NCBI GenBank assembly: GCA_016790635.1 | Contig: JAEUOR010000060.1 | Span: forward strand, 1,880 to 65,879 | Length of the DNA: 64,000 nt | Reading direction: 5' to 3' | Origin: Burkholderiales bacterium | Lineage (GTDB): Bacteria > Pseudomonadota > Gammaproteobacteria > Burkholderiales > JAEUOS01 | In this document: one piece after another, positions 10,890 to 20,451 of the stretch | Layout of the letters: each line of letters opens with the position of its first letter | Position numbering within the stretch: position 1 is the first letter of the stretch | Notes under the pieces: generated by a model | Seen by the model: the letters and a program-made list of their open reading frames with translations, nothing else | What the model was told of the DNA's origin: nothing | Database searches by the model: none | Program-made: the position numbers and the translations under genes

Positions 10890-11861
10890 ATGACAATTCC
10901 TTCAACACGCCGTCGACTGGTTCAAGCGCTTTGCGCGAGCGTTCTTCCGTTGCCGCGCCTTGCCGGCGCACAAGGCGCTTTTCCCAACCGCTCGCTGCGT
11001 GTCATCGTGCCCTTGCCAGCAGGCGGTGCAGCTGACGTGTCGGTACGCATTCTGGGTGAGTTCATGCAGCCGCTTCTCGGCCAGAGCATCGTCGTCGACA
11101 ACCGGCCGGGCGGTCTGTTCCAGGTCGGCATGCAGGCCCTGGGTTCCGCCCCACCGGATGGCTACACGCTCATCCATCTCAACACCACCATGGGCGCCAT
11201 CCAGGCCTCGTACAAGCGCTTCGACCTCCTGAAGCAACTGACCCCGGTAGGCGTCATCGGCACCACCATTGCCGTGCTGTGTCTCGCCAACAATGCGCCA
11301 TTCAAGACTCTTCCGGAGATGGCCGCATGGGCAAAGGCCAATCCGGGGAGGCTTACCTATGGCTCCTTGGGCCCCGGCAGCATGGAACACCTGGCGATGG
11401 TCACCCTGCTGGGTCGGGCAGGTGCGAGCGGAACCAACGTGCCCTTCAAGGGCGGGCCGGACGGCGCGTTGGCCCTGGCACAGGGCGAAATTCATGCGAT
11501 GCCCTTGCCAATGCCCCTGGTCCTCCAGTTCAAGGACAAGTTCCGACCGGCTGCAACCCTGGTTGAACAGCGCAACCCTCTTCTTCCCGACGTGCCGACG
11601 GCGCGTGAGCAGGGACTGGACATCCCGCCGGTGCAATACTGGGGCGGGCTGGCCGCGCCGGCCGGAACACCGAGGGCGTCGGTAGAAGCACTGGAGAAGG
11701 CGCTGGCTTCGGCGGTCAACAACCCCGCTTTGCGGCAGCGTTACATGCCTCTGGGGCTCGATCCCTTGTCAGGCGACTCGCAGGCGTTGACACGCATGAT
11801 CGAGGCGGACCTGCGCTGGTTCGGCGACGCGGTCCGGGCAGCAAACCTCAATCTGAGCTGA
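10890..11861 (+). CDS. Tripartite tricarboxylate transporter substrate-binding protein (Bug/TctC family)
   Basis: ATG at 10890 with an RR-containing signal (MTIPSTRRRLVQALCASVL). Bug hallmark LRVIVPLPAGGAADV. Confidence 0.85.
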   Translation: MTIPSTRRRLVQALCASVLPLPRLAGAQGAFPNRSLRVIVPLPAGGAADVSVRILGEFMQPLLGQSIVVDNRPGGLFQVGMQALGSAPPDGYTLIHLNTTMGAIQASYKRFDLLKQLTPVGVIGTTIAVLCLANNAPFKTLPEMAAWAKANPGRLTYGSLGPGSMEHLAMVTLLGRAGASGTNVPFKGGPDGALALAQGEIHAMPLPMPLVLQFKDKFRPAATLVEQRNPLLPDVPTAREQGLDIPPVQYWGGLAAPAGTPRASVEALEKALASAVNNPALRQRYMPLGLDPLSGDSQALTRMIEADLRWFGDAVRAANLNLS

Positions 11862-11888
11862 GGCCCGCTGCGGTCTTCCCGCTCCGCC

Positions 11889-12959
11889 TCAGCGCGGGGA
11901 CAACCGCAGCGTCTCACCGTGCCTGACGGCCACGAAGCGCGCCGGGTCGATGGCGGCCTCCTTGAGCGCCATGGCGAGCTTTTTCGGCGGCTCGTCGAGC
12001 GGCTCGTCGGTCATCTCGAAGGTGCCCCAGTGGACACCCAGTGACAGGTGCGCCCCGAGGTCCTGGTGGATGCGCACGGCTTCGGCCGGGTCGACGTGCT
12101 GGGTGCGCATGAACCAGCGCGGCTCATAGGCGCCGATCGGCAGCATCGCGAAATCGACCCGACCGAGGCGCGTCGCGATGTCCTGGAAGTCCTTCGAATA
12201 TCCGGTGTCGCCGGCGAAAAGTATGTTCATGCCGGCGCCGCGCATGTACCAGCCACCCCACAGGGTCTGCGACCGATCGGTCCAGCTGCGTGCCGACCAG
12301 TGCTGCGCCGGGGTGAAGTGGAACTCGACCCCACCGAACGTAGTGCGATCCCACCAGTCGAATTCGTCGACTTCCATGATGCCGAGACCCGTGAACCAGG
12401 CCTTGACGCCGAGCGGCACCAGAAAGCGCGGGCCTCCGCCGGACTGCGCGGCCAGGCGGCGCACCGTGCCTTCATCGAGGTGGTCATAGTGGTTGTGCGA
12501 GATCACCACCACGTCGATGCGCGGCAGTTCTTCGAACATGAGCGCCGGCGGAACCTTGCGGACAGGCCCGGCGAAGGACACCGGCGAGGCGCGCGCGGTC
12601 AGGTGCGGGTCGGTAAGGATGTTGACGCCGCCGATCTGCAGCAACACCGTCGCGTGGCCGATCCAGGTCGCGGTGCGCTCGCTGCGGTTGGCCTTGAGAT
12701 ACGGCACATCGGCGGCAACGATCGGAAACGCGTAGCCGTTGGCGGGCGGCCGCGGCAGGCCCGCACGCAGGCGCTCCCACTGCCATTTCCAGAAGCTCGC
12801 GCGGTCGTTGCCGAGCTCCTCGACATAGTTGTTGCGGAATCCGGTCGGCGTGTGGTGCGGCTTGGAGCGGTCGTATTGCGGATTGACGGTGGTCGCGCAC
12901 GACGCCGCCAGCATGGCGAGGCCCGCGGCCAGGATCAGCGCCGTCGCCGTCGACCTCAT
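11889..12959 (-). CDS. MBL-fold metallo-hydrolase lipoprotein (NAPE-PLD-like)
   Basis: Trimmed to the ATG at 12959. Lipoprotein-type signal [21 protein letters not shown]. Metallo-beta-lactamase motif [12 protein letters not shown]. The ATG overlaps the parC stop (ATGA). Confidence 0.8.
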   Translation of the reverse strand: MRSTATALILAAGLAMLAASCATTVNPQYDRSKPHHTPTGFRNNYVEELGNDRASFWKWQWERLRAGLPRPPANGYAFPIVAADVPYLKANRSERTATWIGHATVLLQIGGVNILTDPHLTARASPVSFAGPVRKVPPALMFEELPRIDVVVISHNHYDHLDEGTVRRLAAQSGGGPRFLVPLGVKAWFTGLGIMEVDEFDWWDRTTFGGVEFHFTPAQHWSARSWTDRSQTLWGGWYMRGAGMNILFAGDTGYSKDFQDIATRLGRVDFAMLPIGAYEPRWFMRTQHVDPAEAVRIHQDLGAHLSLGVHWGTFEMTDEPLDEPPKKLAMALKEAAIDPARFVAVRHGETLRLSPR

Positions 12960-15511
12960 TCCGATGCCGGCCGCATGCCCGCGGCGCGAATGCGCTCGAC
13001 CAGGAGCTTGCCCTTGCGCGCGCGGCGCCCTTCGTAGGTCTTGAGGGCTTTTACGCCCAGCGGCACGTTGAATTCCTTGCCGCCGCGGCCCGCGCCCTCG
13101 ATCACCACCCCGCCGGGACCGACCGCGCTCACCGCCAAGAGGGTTTCCTTGCGCTCCATTTCCATGAGGATCACGCCGCGCCCGGCCGTCAGGGTACTGA
13201 CCTCGTCGATGGCAAACACCAGGAGGCGCTGCAGCGACCCCATGACCGCGACGCGGGTCGTGCCCTCGGCGATCAGGGCGGGGCGGATGGGCTCGCTTTG
13301 TGCATCGACCTTGAGAAAGGCCTTGCCGCCCTTGACCCTGGAGACCATGTCGGCAATCCTGCATGCGAAGCCATAGCCGTTGGTCGCGGCCACCAGGACA
13401 CGCGTCTCAGCTGGCCCGGCCAGCATGTGCAGGATGCGCGTGCCTGCCTCCAGGTCGATCAAGGTCGTGACCGGCACGCCGTCGCCGCGCGCGCCGGGCA
13501 GCTGCGCCACGGGCACCGAATAGGCGCGACCGTTGGAGCCAAGCAGGACAGCCTGATCCACGCTGCGGCACTCGAAGGCCGCGTACAGGGAATCACCCTC
13601 CTTAAAACTGAAGAGCGTCGCGTCGTGGCCATGGCCGGTGCGCGAGCGCACCCAGCCCTTCTCCGAAAAGATCACCGTGACCGGCTCGTCGGGCACGCTC
13701 TGCGAGACGACCGAACGGCCGGCTTCCTCGATGAGCGTGCGGCGCGCGTCGCCGTACTGCTTTGCGTCGGCCTCGATCTCGCGGATGACCAGCTTCTTCA
13801 TCGCGCCTTCGTCGGCCAGGAGGTTCTCCAGTTCCTTTTTCTCGGCCTTCAGGTCCTTCAGTTCCTGCTCGATGCGGATGCCTTCCAGGCGCGCCAGCTG
13901 GCGCAGGCGTATCTCCAGGATGTCCTCGGCCTGGATCGCTGAAAGCTTGAACTTTTCCATCAGTGCCGGCTTGGGTTCGTCGGACTCGCGGATGATCTTG
14001 ATGACCCGATCGATGTTCAGGTACACGATCATGCGGCCATCGAGGATATGGATGCGATCGTCCACCTTGCCCAATCGGTGGCGCGTGCGCCTGGTGACGG
14101 TCTGGAAACGGAACTCGCACCATTCCTCCAGCATGGTCTTGAGCGACTTCTGCTGCGGCCGGCCGTCGTTGCCCACGCTCACCATGTTGACCGGGACCGA
14201 GGACTCCATGCTGGTGTGGGCCAGCAGCACGGTCATGAATTCTGTCTGGTCGATCTTGGAGGTGCGTGGTTCGAAGACCAGGCGAACGGCGGCTTCCTTG
14301 CCGGATTCGTCGCGCACACGGTCCAGCACCGACAGCAGCAAGGCCTTCTGGTTCTGCTGCTCGGGCGAGAGCGACTTCTTGCCGGCGCGCACCTTGGGGT
14401 TGGAGAGTTCCTCGATCTCTTCCATGACCTTCTGCGTCGAGGTACCGGGCGGCAATTCGCCCACCACCACCTGCCACTGGCCGCGCGCCAGTTCCTCGAT
14501 GTTCCAGCGGGCACGCACCTTGATCGAGCCGCGCCCGCTCGCGTAGGCGTCGGCAATTTCGCTGGCCGGGGAAATGATCTGCCCGCCCCCGGGAAAATCG
14601 GGGCCGCTGACGTGCTCCAGGAGTTCGGCATCGCTGATGCGCGGCTTGCGGATCAAGGCCACCGCGGCGCGGGCGATCTCGCGCAGGTTGTGCGACGGAA
14701 TCTCGGTGGCCATGCCCACGGCGATGCCGGACGCACCGTTGGCCAAAAGCATGGGCAGGCGCGCCGGCAGGCGCTTGGGCTCCTGGATCGAACCGTCGTA
14801 GTTGGGCACGAAATCGACCGTGCCCATGTCGATCTCATCCAACAGGAGGCGCGCGATCGGCGTCAGGCGCGCTTCGGTGTAGCGCATGGCCGCGGCGGAG
14901 TCGCCGTCGCGACTGCCGAAGTTGCCCTGCCCGTCAATGAGTGGATAGCGCAGCGTGAAGCCCTGCGCCAGGCGCACCAGCGCATCGTAGGCGGACTGGT
15001 CGCCGTGCGGATGGAACTTGCCCAGCACGTCGCCGACCACGCGCGCGCTCTTGACCGGCTTGGCGCCGGCGCCCAGTCCCATCTCGTGCATCGCGAAAAC
15101 GATGCGCCGCTGCACCGGCTTCTGGCCATCGGCGACATCCGGCAGCGCGCGGCCCTTGACTACCGAGACCGCGTAGTCGAGGTAGGCGCGCTCGGCATAG
15201 AGACCCAGCGGCAGGTAGTCGCCTTCGGGCAGAGGTGGCAGCGGGCCGCCACCGCCGGACGGCGGGTGGCCTCCGCCCGCCGGCGGCGCATCGTTGCCTG
15301 CGGCGGTCGTGGGGGTGTCGGTGCTGTCGGCGGCGAGCACTTCGACGCCCACGGGTGCTTCGGATGCAGGCGCTTCCAGGATGTCGGTCGCCGCTTCGGA
15401 TTGTGTTTCCATGTCTTGCAAACTCGGGCCTTCCTCGGACTGTTGGGTTGGGTTGAAAAGATCTTCCTGCAGGCTGCCGGCGGCAGCCTTGTACTTGAGG
15501 CGCGGCTTCAT
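12956..15511 (-). CDS. parC: DNA topoisomerase IV subunit A
   Basis: GyrA/ParC N-terminal core ([32 protein letters not shown], active-site region [10 protein letters not shown]). Called ParC because a ParE-type partner lies 2.6 kb away. About 90 aa of acidic/Pro-Gly-rich N-terminal extension, so the start is uncertain (alternative Met at codon 34). Confidence 0.88.
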   Translation of the reverse strand: MKPRLKYKAAAGSLQEDLFNPTQQSEEGPSLQDMETQSEAATDILEAPASEAPVGVEVLAADSTDTPTTAAGNDAPPAGGGHPPSGGGGPLPPLPEGDYLPLGLYAERAYLDYAVSVVKGRALPDVADGQKPVQRRIVFAMHEMGLGAGAKPVKSARVVGDVLGKFHPHGDQSAYDALVRLAQGFTLRYPLIDGQGNFGSRDGDSAAAMRYTEARLTPIARLLLDEIDMGTVDFVPNYDGSIQEPKRLPARLPMLLANGASGIAVGMATEIPSHNLREIARAAVALIRKPRISDAELLEHVSGPDFPGGGQIISPASEIADAYASGRGSIKVRARWNIEELARGQWQVVVGELPPGTSTQKVMEEIEELSNPKVRAGKKSLSPEQQNQKALLLSVLDRVRDESGKEAAVRLVFEPRTSKIDQTEFMTVLLAHTSMESSVPVNMVSVGNDGRPQQKSLKTMLEEWCEFRFQTVTRRTRHRLGKVDDRIHILDGRMIVYLNIDRVIKIIRESDEPKPALMEKFKLSAIQAEDILEIRLRQLARLEGIRIEQELKDLKAEKKELENLLADEGAMKKLVIREIEADAKQYGDARRTLIEEAGRSVVSQSVPDEPVTVIFSEKGWVRSRTGHGHDATLFSFKEGDSLYAAFECRSVDQAVLLGSNGRAYSVPVAQLPGARGDGVPVTTLIDLEAGTRILHMLAGPAETRVLVAATNGYGFACRIADMVSRVKGGKAFLKVDAQSEPIRPALIAEGTTRVAVMGSLQRLLVFAIDEVSTLTAGRGVILMEMERKETLLAVSAVGPGGVVIEGAGRGGKEFNVPLGVKALKTYEGRRARKGKLLVERIRAAGMRPASE

Positions 15512-16356
15512 CGTGTGGCCGGTTCGGTCGCGGCCGCAGCCGCGGGGTCACGCATCAGCCCGGGCACATGGCGCCCGCCGGGCGGCAGATTGCTGCGCGC
15601 CGGCAAGGTGATGCGAATGCGGTCACGCTCCGACTGCGATACCGCCGGCGGCATGGCAGGACCGCGCCTGGCCCCGCCGCCAAAATGTTCGTAGAAACGC
15701 AGCACCAGCTTGACATAGGCCTGGGTTTCGGGAAACGGCGGAATGGTGTTGCGAAAGCGTTGCACGGCACCCTCGCCCGCGTTGTAGCCCGCCAGCGCCA
15801 GGGACAGATCACCCTTGAAGAGGTCGATCAGTTCACGCAGGTAGCGCGTGCCGCCGCGGATGTTCTCCTCGGGGTCGAAGCTGCGCTTGACGCCAAAGCG
15901 TTCCGCCGTCCCCGGGATGAGCTGCATGAGCCCCATCGCCCCCTTGCGCGACACCGCCTGTGGCTCATAGGCCGATTCAACGGCGATGACCGCCTTGACC
16001 AGCGCGGCATCGAGGCGCTGGCGCTCGGCCGCGGCCAGCACCAGCGACTCGAAGCGCGCTACGTTGGGGCTCTTTTGCAGGCGCCTGAAAATGACGTGAT
16101 CCGCCAGGTCGTCCGGCACCGGCAGGTATTTGAGCTCGGCGGCGATCTCGGAATCGCGTCCCGAATCCAGCACACGCTTGAATTCGGTCGTCGTCTCGCC
16201 CTTGACGAAGAGCTCGTAACGCGCGTCGAGCTTCTCGTTGGCCAGATGGATCTGACCCTTTTCGTCGATATAGCCGTACAGGTCGGCCCGCGCGCATGCG
16301 CTTGCGACCAGAAGGCCCGACATCAAGAGGAGGGACGGCAACAACGACGATTTCAC
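15508..16356 (-). CDS. Lytic transglycosylase (SLT domain) protein
   Basis: GTG start and signal peptide. SLT catalytic region [34 protein letters not shown]. The stop overlaps the parC ATG (ATGA). Confidence 0.85.
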   Translation of the reverse strand: MKSSLLPSLLLMSGLLVASACARADLYGYIDEKGQIHLANEKLDARYELFVKGETTTEFKRVLDSGRDSEIAAELKYLPVPDDLADHVIFRRLQKSPNVARFESLVLAAAERQRLDAALVKAVIAVESAYEPQAVSRKGAMGLMQLIPGTAERFGVKRSFDPEENIRGGTRYLRELIDLFKGDLSLALAGYNAGEGAVQRFRNTIPPFPETQAYVKLVLRFYEHFGGGARRGPAMPPAVSQSERDRIRITLPARSNLPPGGRHVPGLMRDPAAAAATEPATR

Positions 16357-16383
16357 TGCGCGATTTTAACTCTGCACCAGACC

Positions 16384-17052
16384 CTAGTCGTATTCGGGTC
16401 GATCGTGCTTGGTGGACAGCACGCGCATGTTTTCCGACAACGCGGCCATGAAGGCGCGCTTGTCGCCGCCCGCCGCGTCGTCCTGCCAGGTCATCGGCAT
16501 GCCGACGTAGACATCGACAAAAAACGGCACCGGCACGAAGGCGCCCTTGGGCATGGACTTGCCCAGGCCGTGCATGAACACCGGCACCACGGGCACATCC
16601 GGAAAGCGCGACGCCAGCACCGCCACGCCGGACTTCAGCTCCTGCATGCGCTCCGGTTCGCCGCGCGTGCCTTCCGGAAAAATGATGAGAATCTCGCCGC
16701 GCGCAAGGGCTTCGTAACAGGCTGCCAGGGGGTCGGCGCCATCGTCGCCGCGCCGGCGCACGATCGGAATGATGCCGACGAAATTGAGCGAAAACCAGCC
16801 CAGGAAACCGGTCTTGAGGAAGTAGTCCGCCGCCGCCACCGGGCGCACCCGCGGAATGCGCCGCAGCGGAAACAGCGTCAGCATGGCCAGCGTGTCCAGG
16901 TGGCTGTTGTGATTGGGGGTGACGATCGCGGGTCCGCGCGTGGGCAGGCGGTTGCGATGGCGCACGTTCATGCCGAGCACGACCAGGCAGATCGGCCAGG
17001 CAAGCAGCACCACGAAGAGCCAGCGGCACAGGGCGCGCAACCAGAGGGGCAT
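16384..17052 (-). CDS. Lysophospholipid (1-acyl-sn-glycerol-3-phosphate) acyltransferase family protein
   Basis: HX4D acyltransferase motif (PNHNSHLDTL) and a downstream FPEGTRG motif; N-terminal TM segment. Confidence 0.8.
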   Translation of the reverse strand: MPLWLRALCRWLFVVLLAWPICLVVLGMNVRHRNRLPTRGPAIVTPNHNSHLDTLAMLTLFPLRRIPRVRPVAAADYFLKTGFLGWFSLNFVGIIPIVRRRGDDGADPLAACYEALARGEILIIFPEGTRGEPERMQELKSGVAVLASRFPDVPVVPVFMHGLGKSMPKGAFVPVPFFVDVYVGMPMTWQDDAAGGDKRAFMAALSENMRVLSTKHDRPEYD

Positions 17053-17058
17053 GGCGTG

Positions 17059-18075
17059 CTAGAAGTGCAGGAAGTAGACGAAATGAAAGAACAGCGGCGC
17101 GGTGAAGGTGAGGCTGTCGACCCGCCCGAGGATGCCGCCATGGCCTGCCGTGAGCGCATCGCCTTCGGACAGGCGCAGGTCGCGCTTGATGGCCGTGATG
17201 GTCACATCGCCCAGGAATCCGCCGAAGCCGATCAAGAGGCCGGCGGCGGCGGCCTGCAGATGATCCAGCGGCGTGAGCCAGGGCGCCAGCACCAGCGCGA
17301 GCGCGACCGTGCCCAGGGTGCCGCCCACGAGCCCCTCGGCCGTCTTGCCGGGGTGGACCGCCGGTGTCACCTGCCGCCGCCCCCACAACTTGCCGGCGAC
17401 GTATTGCAGCACGTCGTTCATCTGCGTCAGGAAGACCAGAAAGAAGAGCAAGGCGACGCCACCGCCATTGGGGTTGCCCGCCTCCGGCAGGACCAGCAGG
17501 TAGGCCATGTGCGAGAGCGAGAATACGCAGGTCATGAGCCCGAACTGCAACAGACCCACCGCGCGCAGGAAACCCTGGGTCTCGCCGATCAGCACCATGC
17601 GCATGGGCAGCATCAGGCACCAGAACACCGGGATGAAGATGATGAACAGCCCGTACCAGCCGATGCCGGCGATCGTGTACTGCACCGGAATGGCCATGTA
17701 GGCCCAGAAGAGCACACGGTGGTCGGAGCGCCGCGTCGGAATCAGGGTCAGGTATTCCTTGAAGGCGACGAAACTGACGAAGCCGATCACCACGATCGAC
17801 ACATAACGGTTGAAGCCCAGCGCCAGGGTGGCCAGGACGAGGATGCCCCAGAAGCTCCTGACCTTGCGGCGCATGTCGGTGAAGTCGCGCCCGGGTCGCA
17901 CGCGCTTCAGGATTTGCAGCGCGAGCGTGACCGCGACCAGGAGCGCATAGGCGCCGGCGAAGGCGAAGCCGACCGCCTCGGGAAACTGCGGCTGCGGAAT
18001 CGATTTGGGCACGGCTTCGATACCGGCCTTGAGCGTCTGCGCGCCCTTTTCCAGCGGTCCGGCCAGCGTGCTCAT
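17059..18075 (-). CDS. Phosphatidate cytidylyltransferase (CdsA) family protein
   Basis: Trimmed to the ATG at 18075. Polytopic membrane protein with the CdsA C-terminal signature region (SAIKRDLRLSEGDALTAGHGGILGRVDSL). About 60-aa N-terminal extension relative to canonical CdsA length. Confidence 0.78.
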   Translation of the reverse strand: MSTLAGPLEKGAQTLKAGIEAVPKSIPQPQFPEAVGFAFAGAYALLVAVTLALQILKRVRPGRDFTDMRRKVRSFWGILVLATLALGFNRYVSIVVIGFVSFVAFKEYLTLIPTRRSDHRVLFWAYMAIPVQYTIAGIGWYGLFIIFIPVFWCLMLPMRMVLIGETQGFLRAVGLLQFGLMTCVFSLSHMAYLLVLPEAGNPNGGGVALLFFLVFLTQMNDVLQYVAGKLWGRRQVTPAVHPGKTAEGLVGGTLGTVALALVLAPWLTPLDHLQAAAAGLLIGFGGFLGDVTITAIKRDLRLSEGDALTAGHGGILGRVDSLTFTAPLFFHFVYFLHF

Positions 18076-18124
18076 GACCCTCCCCTGCCCCGTTGCAGCC
18101 CGCGGGCCGCAATGCGGCGACGCT

Positions 18125-20080
18125 TCAGATGTCCGCTTCGGCCTCGTTGCCGTGTTCTTCGAGCCAGGCGCGGCGTGCTGCGGCTTCACCCTTGCCCATC
18201 AGCATGTTGAATTTCTCGCCGGTCGAGGCGAAGTCGAGGTCGCCATAGCGCACCTGCAGGAGGCGGCGCGTATCCGGGTTCATGGTCGTATCCCACAGCT
18301 GTTCGGCGCTCATTTCGCCCAAGCCCTTGAAACGCGAGATCTGCCATGACCCGGCACGCACCCCCTCCTTGGCGAGCTTGTCTTCGGTGATCTCGAGTTC
18401 CGTCTCATCCAGACAATAGAGTTTGCGCATCGGCCGCTTGCCCGCCGCCGGCACATCGACGCGAAACAGCGGCGGCCGCGCCACGTACACATGGCCGGCA
18501 TCGATCAGCGCCGGGAAATGGCGAAAAAAGAGCGTCAGCAGCAATACTTGGATGTGCGAGCCATCGACGTCCGCATCGGAGAGGATGCACACCTTGCCAT
18601 AGCGCAGGCCCGAGAGGTCGACCGCGTCGCCGCGCACGTGCGGGTCCACCCCGATGGCCACCGCGATGTCGTGCACCTCGTTGTTGGCGAACAGGCGGTC
18701 GCGCTCGGTCTCCCAGGTATTGAGCACCTTGCCGCGCAGCGGCAGCACCGCCTGGAACTCCTTGTCGCGCCCCATCTTGGCGCTGCCGCCGGCCGAATCG
18801 CCCTCGACCAAGAACACCTCGGTTCGCCCGGCATCGGTGGACTCGCAGTCGGTGAGCTTGCCCGGCAGCACGGCCACACCCGAGCTTTTCTTCTTCTCGA
18901 CCTTCTGGCCGGCCTTCATGCGCGCCTGCGCCTGCGAGACAACCAGCTCGGCCAGCTTCCTGCCGTACTCGACATGCGAGTTGAGCCACAACTCCAGGGG
19001 CGAACGCACCATGGAGGACACCAGCCGCACCGCGTCGCGGCTGTTCAGGCGCTCCTTGATCTGGCCCTGGAACTGCGGGTCGAGCACCTTGGCGGAGAGG
19101 ACGAAGGAAGCGCGCGCAAAGACGTCGTCGGGCAGGAGCTTGACCCCCTTGGGCAGGAGGGAATGCAGTTCGATGAAGCTTTTGACTGCGCCGAACAGGC
19201 CCTCGCGCAGGCCCGACTCGTGGGTGCCGCCGGCGGTCGTCGGTATCAGGTTGACGTAGCTCTCGCGTGCGATCGCGCCTTCCTCGGTCCAGGCCACGAC
19301 CCACTGCGCGCCTTCGCCCGCGGCAAAGGTATCGTCGGCCTCCTCGATGTGGCGTTCCCCCTCGAACCAGGGGATCACCGGCGCCGCGCCGGCGAGCGCC
19401 TCCTCGAGATAGCCCCGCAGGCCATCGCGATACAGCCAGGTGTGCGATTCGCCGCTCTTCTCGATGGTCAGGGTGACGGTCACCCCGCCCAGGAGCACGG
19501 CCTTGCTGCGCAACAGGCGCTTCAAGTCCTCGGTCGGAACCGCCACGTTGTCGAAATATCTGGGGTCGGGCCAGGCGCGCACCAGGGTGCCGTTCTTGTC
19601 GCTGCGCCCGGATTTCTTCAGGGCTTGCGCGACTTCGCCGCCCTCGAAGGCAATGCGATGCTCGGCGCCATCGCGCCACACGGTGGCTTCCAGGCGCTTC
19701 GACAGGGCATTGGTCACCGAGACGCCGACGCCGTGCAGGCCGCCGGAAAAGGTATAGGCGCCGCCGCCCTTCTTGTCGAACTTGCCGCCCGCGTGCAGGC
19801 GCGTGAAGACGATCTCGACGACCGGCACCTTCTCCTCGGGATGCATGCCAACCGGAATGCCACGTCCGTCGTCGGAGACCGATACCGAGCCGTCGCTGTG
19901 CTGCACGACGTCAATGCGCTTGGCAAATCCCGCCAGCGCCTCGTCGGAGGCATTGTCCAGCACCTCCTGGATGATGTGCAGGGGGCTGTCGGTGCGCGTG
20001 TACATGCCCGGGCGCTCGCGCACGGGTTCCAGGCCTTTCAAGACGCGGATCGATGATTCGGTATAGGAATTTCGGGCCAT
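18125..20080 (-). CDS. parE: DNA topoisomerase IV subunit B
   Basis: Trimmed to the ATG at 20080 (MARNSYTESSIRVLKGLEPVRERPGMYT). GHKL ATPase, TOPRIM (LVEGDSAGGSA) and ...PDADVDGSHI-type motifs (ILSDADVDGSHI). About 650 aa, the ParE rather than GyrB length. Confidence 0.92.
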   Translation of the reverse strand: MARNSYTESSIRVLKGLEPVRERPGMYTRTDSPLHIIQEVLDNASDEALAGFAKRIDVVQHSDGSVSVSDDGRGIPVGMHPEEKVPVVEIVFTRLHAGGKFDKKGGGAYTFSGGLHGVGVSVTNALSKRLEATVWRDGAEHRIAFEGGEVAQALKKSGRSDKNGTLVRAWPDPRYFDNVAVPTEDLKRLLRSKAVLLGGVTVTLTIEKSGESHTWLYRDGLRGYLEEALAGAAPVIPWFEGERHIEEADDTFAAGEGAQWVVAWTEEGAIARESYVNLIPTTAGGTHESGLREGLFGAVKSFIELHSLLPKGVKLLPDDVFARASFVLSAKVLDPQFQGQIKERLNSRDAVRLVSSMVRSPLELWLNSHVEYGRKLAELVVSQAQARMKAGQKVEKKKSSGVAVLPGKLTDCESTDAGRTEVFLVEGDSAGGSAKMGRDKEFQAVLPLRGKVLNTWETERDRLFANNEVHDIAVAIGVDPHVRGDAVDLSGLRYGKVCILSDADVDGSHIQVLLLTLFFRHFPALIDAGHVYVARPPLFRVDVPAAGKRPMRKLYCLDETELEITEDKLAKEGVRAGSWQISRFKGLGEMSAEQLWDTTMNPDTRRLLQVRYGDLDFASTGEKFNMLMGKGEAAARRAWLEEHGNEAEADI

Positions 20081-20224
20081 GCTCTTTATCGATACAGAAG
20101 ATTCGGGAAGTTGTCGGTCAAAAGCTCGCGCGACCATCCACGGTCTGCGAGCCTGCTGGCGCGGCGCCAGTGCCGCGCCCTGCTGGAGTCAACCTTGTGC
20201 CGAAGGGTCGGCACCACCACCGGC

Positions 20225-20443
20225 TCAACCGCAAAACACCAGGTTGGCGAACTCGAACACCATGTTCGGCGACAGCCAGGCTGCGAAGGTCAGGCCCAGG
20301 GTCGACGCAAGCACGACGACGAGCGCAACTCGTGCCCACCGCGCCCGCGGCAGCCACTCCAGCGACTGCGCGTGGTCATCTGCGGCGGCGTCGGCGCTCA
20401 ACGGGGGCGAAGCTCCGGCGGCGAACAGTGGAGAAAGACTCAT
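20225..20443 (-). CDS. Hypothetical small membrane protein (72 aa)
   Basis: ATG ORF beginning 8 nt after the ABC-F stop. One clear TM helix (VALVVVLASTLGLTFAAWL). No convincing Shine-Dalgarno. Not recognisable by eye. Confidence 0.35.
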   Translation of the reverse strand: MSLSPLFAAGASPPLSADAAADDHAQSLEWLPRARWARVALVVVLASTLGLTFAAWLSPNMVFEFANLVFCG

Positions 20444-20451
20444 GCAACGGA

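Noticed and set aside
15230-15511. Roughly 90-aa acidic, Pro/Gly-rich N-terminal extension of ParC, as a novel domain.
   Set aside because: It is low-complexity sequence with an alternative internal Met. Betaproteobacterial ParC proteins commonly carry N-terminal extensions, so nothing specific can be followed up from sequence alone.
15568-18210. Very long ORFs on both strands over slt/plsC/cdsA (880 aa on +, 711 aa on -). Similar giants occur elsewhere: 1201-2724 (-), 8916-10757 (+), 18491-20056 (+), 20767-22092 (+), 26096-27370 (-), 46413-47345 (+) and 47519-48400 (+).
   Set aside because: Their Arg/Gly/Ala/Pro/His-rich, motif-free translations are typical shadow ORFs of a high-GC genome. 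Each lies antisense to, or out of frame with, a gene that has clear family motifs.
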